From Deferribacterales bacterium (GTDB taxonomy: Bacteria; Chrysiogenota; Deferribacteres; Deferribacterales; Geovibrionaceae), in assembly GCA_050251945.1 (NCBI GenBank), contig JBFWLW010000004.1, forward strand, positions 1 to 64,000: DNA of 64,000 bases. Direction: 5' to 3'. Position numbers and translations under genes: made by a program. Shown one piece after another: positions 41,465 through 50,635 of this stretch (positions are counted from its first letter, which is position 1; each line of letters opens with the position of its first letter). The notes below the pieces were generated by a model. That model saw only the letters and a list, made by a program, of their open reading frames with translations, made no database searches and was not told the origin of the DNA.

Positions 41465-41815
41465 AACTTCAGGATGAAGTTCGTGGAGTGAGCGTGTCAG
41501 GCTTTGCCTGTTAAGCGAACGCAACGTGAGCGGAAAGAGGCTTAGCCGATTGGAGCGATATCATTATTTTCCCAAGGACGGGAAAATAATGCGAAACTAT
41601 AGACCTGTCGCATGACGGCAGACAGGACTGGATAGCATAAAACTTCAGGATGAAGTTCGTGGAGTGAGCGTGTCAGGCTTTGCCTGTTAAGCGAACGCAA
41701 CGTGAGCGGAAAGAGGCTTAGCCGATTGGAGCGATATCATTATTTTCCCAAGGACGGGAAAATAATGCGAAACTATAGACCTGTCGCATGACGGCAGACA
41801 GGACTGGATAGCATA
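41423..41815. repeat. Tandem array: 41-bp gene 3' end x3 separated by two identical 135-bp GGA-hairpin elements
   Basis: ATAGACCTGTCGCATGACGGCAGACAGGACTGGATAGCATA at 41423, 41599, 41775 (176-bp period). Confidence 0.95.
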
Positions 41816-41829
41816 GACCGGATAAGAGC

Positions 41830-41898
41830 AGATTACTTCGCTCCGCCCGCAAAGACGTTTTTTTGTCTCTGCGAGGAATGGAGTGACGAAGCAGTCTC
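41830..41898. repeat. REP-like doublet
   Basis: AGATTACTTCG...CGCAAAGACG plus GTCTCTGCGAGGAATGGAGTGACGAAGCAGTCTC. Confidence 0.75.
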
Positions 41899-41921
41899 AT
41901 TCACTTTTACGGAGAATATAA

Positions 41922-43979
41922 ATGAAACTTCCCTTACACCTTGGAATACATTGTCACCAGCCGGTGGAAAATTTTTATAACGTGGTGGATATCGCGGTTG
42001 AGAAGAGCTATCAGCCCTTTTTTGAACTGCTTCTGAAAAAAAACGGCATGAAGGTGAGCGTTCACTACAGCGGCTGGCTGTTTGAATACATAAAGAACCA
42101 CCACAAAAAACTTTTCGGCATGATGCAGGATGCAAACAGCGCCGGACAGGTGGAGTTCTTTTCAGGCGGGTTTTACGAGCCTGTGCTTGCCGCCATACCG
42201 TCCAGAGACCGCAAAGAGCAGATAAAAAAGCTGAACGGCTTCATCGAGAATAATTTTAAAGTGTCGCCGAAAGGGCTATGGCTCACGGAGAGGGTGTGGG
42301 ACAGCTCCATAATTCCTGACTGTGCCGACTGCGGCATTGAATACGTTATAGTGGACGATTACCACTTCATCGCCGCCGGATTCTATGAATCCATGCTCCA
42401 CGGTCATTTCAAAACGGAGCAGGACGGGCGTGAGATGCTGATATTCCCTATCAGCGAAAAACTGAGATACATGATACCCTTTAAGCCCGCGAAAGATGTT
42501 GTCGGGTATCTGGGCGAGATAGCGGAACAGGGCGGTAAATCGCTGACGATATTTGACGACGGCGAAAAGTTCGGTCTCTGGCCTGAAACTCACGAATGGG
42601 TTTATGAAAAGGGCTGGCTGAACGATTTTGCCGATGCAGTTAATGACAGCGGACACAGCGAATTTGCGCTGTTCAAAGATACTGTGGAAACGGTGCCTCC
42701 TTCGCAGATAGCCTATCTGCCCACCGTTTCATACTTTGAGATGGGAGAATGGTCGCTGTTTGCAGAGCGCACCAACAAAATGGCGGAGTTTTTGAAAGAG
42801 ACTGAAAAACTGCACAGGGACGATACCGCGAAGGTGTTTATTAAAGGCGGCATCTGGAAGAATTTTCTGGTTAAATATCCCGAATCCAACCGTATCCATA
42901 AGCGGACGCTGAAATTGTCGAAAGACGCTGACAGACTTAAAGATGAAAGACTTTACGAGGCATTGTATAAAGCGCAGTGCAACGACGTGCTGTGGCACGG
43001 GATATTCGGCGGACTTTACCTGCCTAATCTGCGGAACAACGCATACCGTTTTATCATAGAGGGTGAAAAACTGGTGGAAGAGCTGGACGGTACGGCTTAT
43101 CCGTCCATGGAGAAAGGGGATTTCGATTTCGACGGTTACGACGAGGCGTACGTCCGCACACCTGAGCTGAACTTTATGTTCGTATCTGTTGACGGCGGAC
43201 AGCTCGTTTCCGTTGAGGACAAGGCGAACTGTTATAATTTTCTGAACACGCTGGCGCGCCGCAAAGAGGCATACCATGAAAAAATGCTGAACTCTGCGGA
43301 ACCGGAAGATGCTGAAACGGCTGAAGAGGCTGATGAAGAAGGTATCAGTACAATACATAACGACAGCCGCGCCGACAGCGCCGCCTATAAAGAATATCTG
43401 GTTTACGACTGGCACAATAAAAACTGTTTCATTGACCATTTCGTGCATCGGTTCGATGCGGAGGAGTTCAGAAACGTCAGCTTCGGCGAGATGGGGGATT
43501 TTGCAAACCAGCCCGCCGTAATGATATCTTCGGAATCCGGTCTGACTTTCACCCGTGAAGGTGGACTTTATAAATACGGACAGAAACTGCCGTGCCGTGT
43601 GACAAAGGAATTCTCTTTCGATAAAAAAGGGTTGGAACTCAGGCTGAACATAGATTCGGAGCTTGATGAAGAGATAGATTATGTCATGGAGATGAACTTT
43701 CATTTCAATGACCTTGAAAATGTTTTGATAAACGGAAAAACGCCTGATGAGTCTGAAGGTGTTGATTGGACAAAAATAGAATTGGGAGAAAAGCATACGC
43801 CTTCAAAACTGTTGATAGAGATGAGCGGAGGTGCTAAACTGTACACATATCCAGTGCTGACGGTTTCCCAGTCCGAAAGCGGGGCGGATCTGACGCATCA
43901 GGGTATCTGTCTGCTTCTTCCGTTCAGGTTCAGAAAGCATCTTGAGCTTGAGTGCAGGCTCTCTCTGTCGGGGGAATGA
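41922..43979 (+). CDS. GH57 4-alpha-glucanotransferase / alpha-amylase
   Basis: HCHQP, GGFYEP, GLWLTERVW, DDGEKFG, QCNDVLWHG, C-terminal TVSQSE. Confidence 0.9.
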   Translation: MKLPLHLGIHCHQPVENFYNVVDIAVEKSYQPFFELLLKKNGMKVSVHYSGWLFEYIKNHHKKLFGMMQDANSAGQVEFFSGGFYEPVLAAIPSRDRKEQIKKLNGFIENNFKVSPKGLWLTERVWDSSIIPDCADCGIEYVIVDDYHFIAAGFYESMLHGHFKTEQDGREMLIFPISEKLRYMIPFKPAKDVVGYLGEIAEQGGKSLTIFDDGEKFGLWPETHEWVYEKGWLNDFADAVNDSGHSEFALFKDTVETVPPSQIAYLPTVSYFEMGEWSLFAERTNKMAEFLKETEKLHRDDTAKVFIKGGIWKNFLVKYPESNRIHKRTLKLSKDADRLKDERLYEALYKAQCNDVLWHGIFGGLYLPNLRNNAYRFIIEGEKLVEELDGTAYPSMEKGDFDFDGYDEAYVRTPELNFMFVSVDGGQLVSVEDKANCYNFLNTLARRKEAYHEKMLNSAEPEDAETAEEADEEGISTIHNDSRADSAAYKEYLVYDWHNKNCFIDHFVHRFDAEEFRNVSFGEMGDFANQPAVMISSESGLTFTREGGLYKYGQKLPCRVTKEFSFDKKGLELRLNIDSELDEEIDYVMEMNFHFNDLENVLINGKTPDESEGVDWTKIELGEKHTPSKLLIEMSGGAKLYTYPVLTVSQSESGADLTHQGICLLLPFRFRKHLELECRLSLSGE

Positions 43980-43980
43980 C

Positions 43981-45000
43981 ATGTCGGAACTGAGATTTGA
44001 CCCTGTAAAAAAGATATGGTCTGTGATAGCCTCCGAGCGCAGCCGCAAACCGGAAGATTTTCTTGTTCGCAGGCTCACCACCCTTGAGAACCATGTGGAT
44101 TTCTGCCCGTTCTGCAAGGGAAACGAAGACAAGGCTGGAACAGAGATATTTTCACTGAGAGATGCGCATGGGCAATGGCTTACCCGCGTTGTGCCGAACA
44201 GATATCCGGCGTTCCGCATTGAAGGGGATCTGAAAAGGTTTGCCCACGGGATGTACGATTGCGTTTCGGGCATCGGCGCCCACGAGGTTGTCATAGAGAC
44301 ACCGAAACACCACATGAATATCGGCACCTATACAGATAAAGTGCTGACGAATGTGTTTTCAACTTTCAGAGAGCGCATCCTTGACCTCAAAAAGGATACA
44401 AGGTTCAGATATATAATGCCTTTTAAAAATTACGGAGTGCTTGCCGGCGGTAATATTGAGCATCCCCATTCCCAGATAATCGCACTTCCGGTTACGCCGG
44501 ACATAGTGAAAACAAAGCTTGCCTCCGCGCAGGAACATTACAGAAATAAAGAGCGCTGTATTTTTTGTGATATACTGAATCAGGAAAAGGACGAAGGAAC
44601 ACGCATCGTTTATGAAAATCAGGACTTTATCGCCTTTTGTCCGTTTGCTTCGTCTCTGCCTTTCGAGGTGTTGATATTCCCGAAACGGCATACGCATTGC
44701 TTTGAAAGAACTGACGATTCCGAAATGAGCGGGCTGGCGGATATAGTCCGCGAGGTTTTCGGCATGCTTTATAAATGTCTGGAGAATCCGCCGCTCAATA
44801 TGGTGGTGCATACTTCACCACCCGTGGTCAAAAGACCGTCACAGCCAAACTACTGGCAGAGCATTGAACAGGATTTCCACTGGCACATAGAGATAACGCC
44901 AAGACTTTCCGGAATCGCAGGGTTCGAGTCCGGAACAGGCTTCTACATCAATCCCGTGTCGCCCGAAAGCGCGGCGGGTTTTCTTAAAGGAGTGAACTGA
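43981..45000 (+). CDS. galT: GalT-family hexose-1-phosphate nucleotidyltransferase
   Basis: CPFC, VVPNRYP, HEVVIE, HPHSQ, HWHIEI, GFESGTG. Confidence 0.85.
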   Translation: MSELRFDPVKKIWSVIASERSRKPEDFLVRRLTTLENHVDFCPFCKGNEDKAGTEIFSLRDAHGQWLTRVVPNRYPAFRIEGDLKRFAHGMYDCVSGIGAHEVVIETPKHHMNIGTYTDKVLTNVFSTFRERILDLKKDTRFRYIMPFKNYGVLAGGNIEHPHSQIIALPVTPDIVKTKLASAQEHYRNKERCIFCDILNQEKDEGTRIVYENQDFIAFCPFASSLPFEVLIFPKRHTHCFERTDDSEMSGLADIVREVFGMLYKCLENPPLNMVVHTSPPVVKRPSQPNYWQSIEQDFHWHIEITPRLSGIAGFESGTGFYINPVSPESAAGFLKGVN

Positions 45001-45004
45001 AAAT

Positions 45005-46432
45005 ATGATCGTTGCCCATATCACGAGTGAGGTTTATCCCTTTTCCAGAACAGGGATGCTTGGAGATTCCGTTTACGGGCTTGCCAAGTCGCAGGCTCAG
45101 CTTGGCGAGTGTATCCACGTCCTTTCGCCGATGTACACATCCGCAGGATGCTACGAACCTTACGAATGTCAGTTTGAGAGGTCTTTCAGCATTTTTTCAG
45201 CAGGAATGACCTACTCTTTCGACGTGTATACGGCGCAGGCAGACGGCGTTAAGTTTGTTTTTTTCCGCAACGATGATTTTTTCAACCGCAGATATATATA
45301 CGGCACGTCCAGCTATGACTATTCCGATAACGATATTCGTTTCGGCATGTTCTGTCTCGCGTGTTTGCAGTACCTCCGCGAAACAGCTCTCAATCCTGAT
45401 ATAATCCATTGCCACGAATGGCAGGCTGGGCTGGTTCCGGTGTATAAACACCTTTTCTATGAAGATATTAAAGCGAAAACCATCTTCACCATACACGACA
45501 TCACCTTTCAGGGGGTGTTCGGTAAGTTCTCAATACAGACCCTTGGTTTGCCGTGGGAGATGTATAATATTGAAGAACTTGAGTTTTACGAGAATATCAG
45601 CCTGCTTAAAGGCGGGGCGACACATTCGGATTTCATAACGCTTTTAAGCCCGACATATGCCAAAGAGGTGCAGACGGATGAGAATTCGTTTGGTCTCGGT
45701 TCGTTCATGGCTAAGTTTCAGGACAGGATAGAGGGTATTCTTGGCGGCGTGGACTACGAAAGATTTGACCCCGAAACTGATATCTTCATAAAAAAACGAT
45801 ACACTGCCGGAAGTGTTTCAGATAAACTTATTAATAAAGAGGATTTCCTCACGGAAACGGGGCTTTTGAATATAGAGAAACCTTTGTTTCTGGTGGAGAC
45901 GAAATTCACCGAACGGAAAGGTCTGGAGCTGATAGCCGACAGCGCGGACAAACTTGCTGAGATACAAGCGAATTTTGCTTTTCTCGGCTATGGTGAACCG
46001 AAATATTGTTCAAAATTTAAGGAAATAGCAAATAATTATGACAATATTTTCACATCCATCGGTATAAGTGAGGCTATGCTCCATAAAGCATACGCAGCGG
46101 CTGATTTTGTTTTGCGTCCGTCGCTTACGGAACCCTGCGGAAAAAGTCAGATCGTAGGGATGCGATACGGCGCACTGCCTGTTGTCAGACGTACCGGAGG
46201 GCTTATCGACACAGTTGTGGACATCAGCGAACCCGACGGTTACGGCTTTTTTATGGACGGATACAGTCGTCACGATTTGATAAAACAGATTAATAGAGCA
46301 GTGGATTTTTTCCAAAATAGAGATATATTGTATAAATATGCCGCCAAAGTTATGGGTTTTAATTTCTCATGGACAGAAACGGCGGAGAAATTTTTAGGGG
46401 TTTATCAGAGGATTCTTGGAGGCAACCGATGA
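45005..46432 (+). CDS. glgA: Glycogen/starch synthase (GT5), divergent
   Basis: EVYPFS, DNDIRF, IHCHEWQ, FTIH, EPCG, RYGALPVVRRTGGL. Confidence 0.85.
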   Translation: MIVAHITSEVYPFSRTGMLGDSVYGLAKSQAQLGECIHVLSPMYTSAGCYEPYECQFERSFSIFSAGMTYSFDVYTAQADGVKFVFFRNDDFFNRRYIYGTSSYDYSDNDIRFGMFCLACLQYLRETALNPDIIHCHEWQAGLVPVYKHLFYEDIKAKTIFTIHDITFQGVFGKFSIQTLGLPWEMYNIEELEFYENISLLKGGATHSDFITLLSPTYAKEVQTDENSFGLGSFMAKFQDRIEGILGGVDYERFDPETDIFIKKRYTAGSVSDKLINKEDFLTETGLLNIEKPLFLVETKFTERKGLELIADSADKLAEIQANFAFLGYGEPKYCSKFKEIANNYDNIFTSIGISEAMLHKAYAAADFVLRPSLTEPCGKSQIVGMRYGALPVVRRTGGLIDTVVDISEPDGYGFFMDGYSRHDLIKQINRAVDFFQNRDILYKYAAKVMGFNFSWTETAEKFLGVYQRILGGNR

Positions 46433-47178
46433 AATTTAAAGAGATGAGCAAGGCGGAGCTATACGAAGTCGCCAAAAAATTCAATATCAGGAACAGAAGC
46501 GCGATGTCAAAGGATGAACTTGTCAAAGCCTTGTCCAAGTATGAGAAAACAGTGTCAAAAAGTGATGAACCCTCACGACAGACTGTTACCAGCCACATGC
46601 CGGAGCAGCCAAAACAGGAAGCTTATGTCCCGAAAAAGGAATATCCTGTTCCGGACAGATATAATATTGATACGATTGTTCTTCTTCCTGTAAACCCTAA
46701 AAAGGAATACGTCTACTGGGAAGTTTCCGACAAGACGGTTGACGGCTTTTGCTCCGAATACAATACGGTTGATCCGGTATTTATTCTGAAAGTTTATGCA
46801 GGGGAAGATGGTTCAGTTTCAGAACTTGCCAGTGTCCGCGTCGGTAAATACGGCAACTGGTATTTCGACCTCTACTGCCCCGGGCAAAGACTCTGGTCTG
46901 AAATAGGAATGCTTGACTCAACAGGCACTTACCATATGATCTCCGCTTCCAAGAAGATACTGATGCCCGCAGACAGAATAAGCGACCTCATCGACGAGGA
47001 AACGTGGATGACAGTCGGCGAGAACATTGAGAAGATATACACCCTTTCAGGCGTTACAGATATGCAGAAAGAAGAGCTTCTTTCAAGTGCGAGAATGCAC
47101 TCTGAGCTTTTCAAAAAATTACACAAAGCTGAGGGCGGAATGTCCTCTTCGACACTTGCACGCAAAGGCGGTGAATGA
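46429..47178 (+). CDS. DUF4912 protein with N-terminal Rho-N-like domain
   Basis: SKAELYEVAK...RSAMSKDEL; VLLPVNP..YVYWE, NWY. Confidence 0.85.
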   Translation: MKFKEMSKAELYEVAKKFNIRNRSAMSKDELVKALSKYEKTVSKSDEPSRQTVTSHMPEQPKQEAYVPKKEYPVPDRYNIDTIVLLPVNPKKEYVYWEVSDKTVDGFCSEYNTVDPVFILKVYAGEDGSVSELASVRVGKYGNWYFDLYCPGQRLWSEIGMLDSTGTYHMISASKKILMPADRISDLIDEETWMTVGENIEKIYTLSGVTDMQKEELLSSARMHSELFKKLHKAEGGMSSSTLARKGGE

Positions 47179-48755
47179 TGCCGAAAGGTTACTGGATGCT
47201 GGTGCTCCACTCGCACCTGCCATTCGTTAAGCATCCTGAATATGAATATTTCCTTGAAGAGCAATGGTTTTATGAGGCGATATCAGAAACGTATCTTCCA
47301 ATTTTGAAATATATGAAGCGGATGGAGGACGAGGGCGTCCACTTCCGTTTTGCTGTGTCCGTTACACCGCCGCTGGCGGAGATGATGTGCGATCCGCTCC
47401 TTATGGGCAGATACGAACAGCATCTGGACAAGCTTATAGAACTTTCGGAAAAAGAGATAATCCGCACGAAAGGCACCTGTTTCGAGCATCTTGCGCTTAT
47501 GTACAGGGACCGCTTCAAAGACCTTCGTGATTTTTATTACGGGTGGCTGGGCAGAAGCCTTATCAACGGATATAAGCACTTTCTTGAAAAGGGATATATC
47601 GACGTTATTACTTGCGGATTCACACACGGGTTCCTCCCGCTTCTGAATAACACCACTAACGCCGTGCGCGCACAGGTTGAGCTTGCGGTGCGCAGCCATA
47701 CGGAAAAGTTCGGACAGCCCCCCAAAGGGATATGGCTGCCGGAATGTGCATATTTTGACGGACTTGACGCAGTGCTTGCTGAATACGGGATACGGTATTT
47801 CTTCGTTGACACTCACGGTGTTCTCTATGCGAAGCCGAGACCCAGATTCGGCGTTTACGCACCCGTCTACACCGAGAGCGGTGTTGCCGCTTTCGGACGT
47901 GACTACTATTCCTCTAAACAGGTATGGAGTTCAAAAGAAGGCTACCCCGGCGACGAGTATTACAGAGATTTCTACCGTGACATTGGTTACGACCTTGATC
48001 ACGAATATATAAAACCATATATCAGCCCCGACGGTGAACGTGTGTTTACAGGGCTGAAATACCACAGGATAACCGGCGATTCGGACTATAAAGAGTTCTA
48101 TCAGCCGGAGATCGCCTCCCAAAAGACCGTTGAACATGCGAAACACTTCGTTCGCGGAAGAGAAAAGCAGGTTGAGGAGATAGCGGAGCTTATCGACCGC
48201 AAACCGATGGTGGTTTCTCCTTACGATGCGGAGCTTTTCGGTCACTGGTGGTTCGAGGGTCCCGAATTTTTGTATAATGTATTCAAAGAGATGGATAAAT
48301 CGGATGTTGTGAAGGCTTTTACGCCGCTTGAATATCTGAACGAATACCCGACGAATCAGGTTGTTAAGGTGAACCCGTCGTCATGGGGTGATAAAGGCTA
48401 TTACGACGTGTGGCTGAATCAGGGCAACGACTGGATATACAAACACCTGCATTTTATGTCCGACAGCATGGTGAATCTGGCGAAATATCACCATAATACG
48501 GACGACGATGCAGTCCGCAGATGCCTGAACCAGATGTCGCGGGAGCTTTTCCTTGCACAGTCAAGCGACTGGGCATTCCTGATAACCACGGGTACTGCCA
48601 TTGAATACGCAGTTCAGCGCACGAAGGAACACATCTATAATTTCCTGCGGCTGAAAGAGATGGTTGAAAACAGAGATTTCGATTTCGCCTTTTTGGGGGC
48701 GGTGGAAAATAAAAACAGCATATTCCAGTCGATGGATTTCAGAATTTACTGCTAG
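47175..48755 (+). CDS. GH57 1,4-alpha-glucan branching enzyme (DUF1957)
   Basis: LHSHLPFV, GIWLPECAY, YDAELFGHWWFEG, AQSSDWAF. Confidence 0.92.
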   Translation: MMPKGYWMLVLHSHLPFVKHPEYEYFLEEQWFYEAISETYLPILKYMKRMEDEGVHFRFAVSVTPPLAEMMCDPLLMGRYEQHLDKLIELSEKEIIRTKGTCFEHLALMYRDRFKDLRDFYYGWLGRSLINGYKHFLEKGYIDVITCGFTHGFLPLLNNTTNAVRAQVELAVRSHTEKFGQPPKGIWLPECAYFDGLDAVLAEYGIRYFFVDTHGVLYAKPRPRFGVYAPVYTESGVAAFGRDYYSSKQVWSSKEGYPGDEYYRDFYRDIGYDLDHEYIKPYISPDGERVFTGLKYHRITGDSDYKEFYQPEIASQKTVEHAKHFVRGREKQVEEIAELIDRKPMVVSPYDAELFGHWWFEGPEFLYNVFKEMDKSDVVKAFTPLEYLNEYPTNQVVKVNPSSWGDKGYYDVWLNQGNDWIYKHLHFMSDSMVNLAKYHHNTDDDAVRRCLNQMSRELFLAQSSDWAFLITTGTAIEYAVQRTKEHIYNFLRLKEMVENRDFDFAFLGAVENKNSIFQSMDFRIYC

Positions 48756-48766
48756 GAGGAGACGGT

Positions 48767-49288
48767 ATGATTAGTAAAAAAATGACTAAGGCGCTCAACA
48801 AACAGCTCAATTTTGAGCTTTATTCCGCATATGTGTATCTTGCCATGGCGGCGAATTCCAACACTATGGGACTTAAGGGATTTTCCAACTGGTTCCACGT
48901 TCAGTTTCAGGAAGAGCTGTTCCACGCGGACAGATTTTACAACTACATTCTGGATCAGGACGGCGAAGTTGAGCTTGAGCAGATAGAAAAACCGAAGAAA
49001 GAATATAAAGATGCATACGAGCTTTTCGATGAGACGCTCACGCACGAAAGAGAAGTCACAAAAAGAATTTACGAGCTTGCTTCACTTGCGCTGGACGAAA
49101 AGGATCACGGAACTCACAGCTGGCTTCAGTGGTTCATCACGGAACAGCAGGAGGAAGAGGCGAACGTCAAGGATATTAAGGACAAGCTGAAACTGGCGGG
49201 AAGCACCGGACAGGGGCTTTTCATGATAAACGCCGAACTTGCAACAAGGGTCTACGTTCAGCCCACGGTTCCCGGCTCACAGGCGTAA
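48767..49288 (+). CDS. ftn: Non-heme ferritin
   Basis: Q.N.ELYSAYVY, EELFHA, HERE, LQWFITEQQEEE. Confidence 0.93.
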   Translation: MISKKMTKALNKQLNFELYSAYVYLAMAANSNTMGLKGFSNWFHVQFQEELFHADRFYNYILDQDGEVELEQIEKPKKEYKDAYELFDETLTHEREVTKRIYELASLALDEKDHGTHSWLQWFITEQQEEEANVKDIKDKLKLAGSTGQGLFMINAELATRVYVQPTVPGSQA

Positions 49289-49300
49289 TAAAAAATTAAT

Positions 49301-49336
49301 GAGATCGCCGCGTCGCTGACGCTCCTCGCGAAGACG
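49301..49336. repeat. REP-like single unit between convergent genes
   Basis: GAGATCGCCGCGTCGCTGACGCTCCTCGCGAAGACG. Confidence 0.75.
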
Positions 49337-49365
49337 GTCAGACTGACGCGGAGGTCTCGTATTTA

Positions 49366-50310
49366 TTAATTGAACAGTCCTGAACTCAGGTATCTTTCGC
49401 CTGAGTCGGGCAGTATCACGACAATGTTTTTTCCTTCAAGCCCCATCTCGTCCGCGGCATTAATTGCGGCGGCGACAGCGGCGCCTGATGAAATTCCGCA
49501 GATTATCCTTTCGTCCTTTGCCATCATTCTGGAATAGTCCAGTGCGACGGAATCTTCCACTGTTTCCATGCGGTCGAGTATTTTAAGGTCGAGCGTTTCG
49601 GGTATGAACCCTGCACCGATGCCCTGTATCCCGTGGGGACCGGGTTTCAGCTTTTCACCTTTAAGCTTCTGGCTGATAACGGGGCTTTTGGACGGTTCAA
49701 CGCCGACAATGATAACGTTCTTGCCCGCGCGCTCCTTCAGAAATCTTCCGATCCCAGTTATGGTACCGCCTGTACCGATGGATGAAACCACTACGTCAAC
49801 GCATCCGTCAGTGTCTCTGAGTATTTCGGGACCGGTTGTCCTTTCATGAACCAGAGGGTTGTACGGGTTGCGGAACTGATTGGCAAGATAGTATTTTTCA
49901 GGGTTTTCCGCGAGCATCCTGTCTGCTTCGGCAACGGCTCCTGCCATGCCTTTTGCACCGTCTGTAAGGATGAGCTTAGCGCCGAATGCCTTCATCATCA
50001 TTCGCCTTTCAAGGCTCATGTTGTCAGGCATCACAATGACGACCTCATAACCCAGCGCCGCGCCGGCGAACGCAAGACCTATGCCTGTGTTGCCGCTGGT
50101 CGCTTCCAGAACGGACATGCCGGACTTAATCTCTCCGTTTTTTATTGCTTCGTTAAAGATGAATGCACCTACTCTGCATTTAACAGAATATGCGGGGTTG
50201 CGCCCTTCAACTTTGACAAGGATATTATTTTTTTCGGAACCCTTTATCTTGTTCAGTTTTATCAGCGGGGTTTCGCCTATGGCAAGGGTGTTGTTGTCAA
50301 AGACCCTCAT
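49366..50310 (-). CDS. cysK: Cysteine synthase A
   Basis: NPAYSVKCR, EATSGNTGIG, GTGGT, HGIQGIG, PDSGERYLS. Confidence 0.95.
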   Translation of the reverse strand: MRVFDNNTLAIGETPLIKLNKIKGSEKNNILVKVEGRNPAYSVKCRVGAFIFNEAIKNGEIKSGMSVLEATSGNTGIGLAFAGAALGYEVVIVMPDNMSLERRMMMKAFGAKLILTDGAKGMAGAVAEADRMLAENPEKYYLANQFRNPYNPLVHERTTGPEILRDTDGCVDVVVSSIGTGGTITGIGRFLKERAGKNVIIVGVEPSKSPVISQKLKGEKLKPGPHGIQGIGAGFIPETLDLKILDRMETVEDSVALDYSRMMAKDERIICGISSGAAVAAAINAADEMGLEGKNIVVILPDSGERYLSSGLFN

Positions 50311-50510
50311 GCCACTCCGAATCCTTCTTCTTTAATAGCTGATGTAATTGAAGATTCGTCAATTGAATCCTCAAATTTAACTGTTGCTGTACCTTTTTCG
50401 AGATTTACGTCACAAGACTGAACGCCGTCAAGCTCTGAAACAGCCTCTGTAACTGTCATAACGCAATGTTTGCACTTCATTCCTGATACGTTGAAAACTT
50501 TTTCTTTCAT
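50307..50510 (-). CDS. copZ: Heavy-metal-associated copper chaperone
   Basis: GMKCKHC HMA motif, 67 aa. Confidence 0.88.
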   Translation of the reverse strand: MKEKVFNVSGMKCKHCVMTVTEAVSELDGVQSCDVNLEKGTATVKFEDSIDESSITSAIKEEGFGVA

Positions 50511-50635
50511 TGAAAACCTCCGTATGACCGGGCGTTATTGTCCGCCTTAGTTGACAATTTCCTCCATTTCTTATATTTTTGCAATACAAAACAAAATAAG
50601 AGATATATTATTTTGCCTATATAAGGGGGTTTATC

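Noticed and set aside
41423..41815. CRISPR array (three 41-bp repeats)
   Set aside because: Spacers are identical and 135 bp long, the repeat is the coding 3' end of the GH57 gene, and no cas genes are in the window.
42729..43796. 355-aa antisense ORF (similarly 61307-62272, 58459-59298, 40667-41524)
   Set aside because: Shadows of confidently assigned genes on the other strand.
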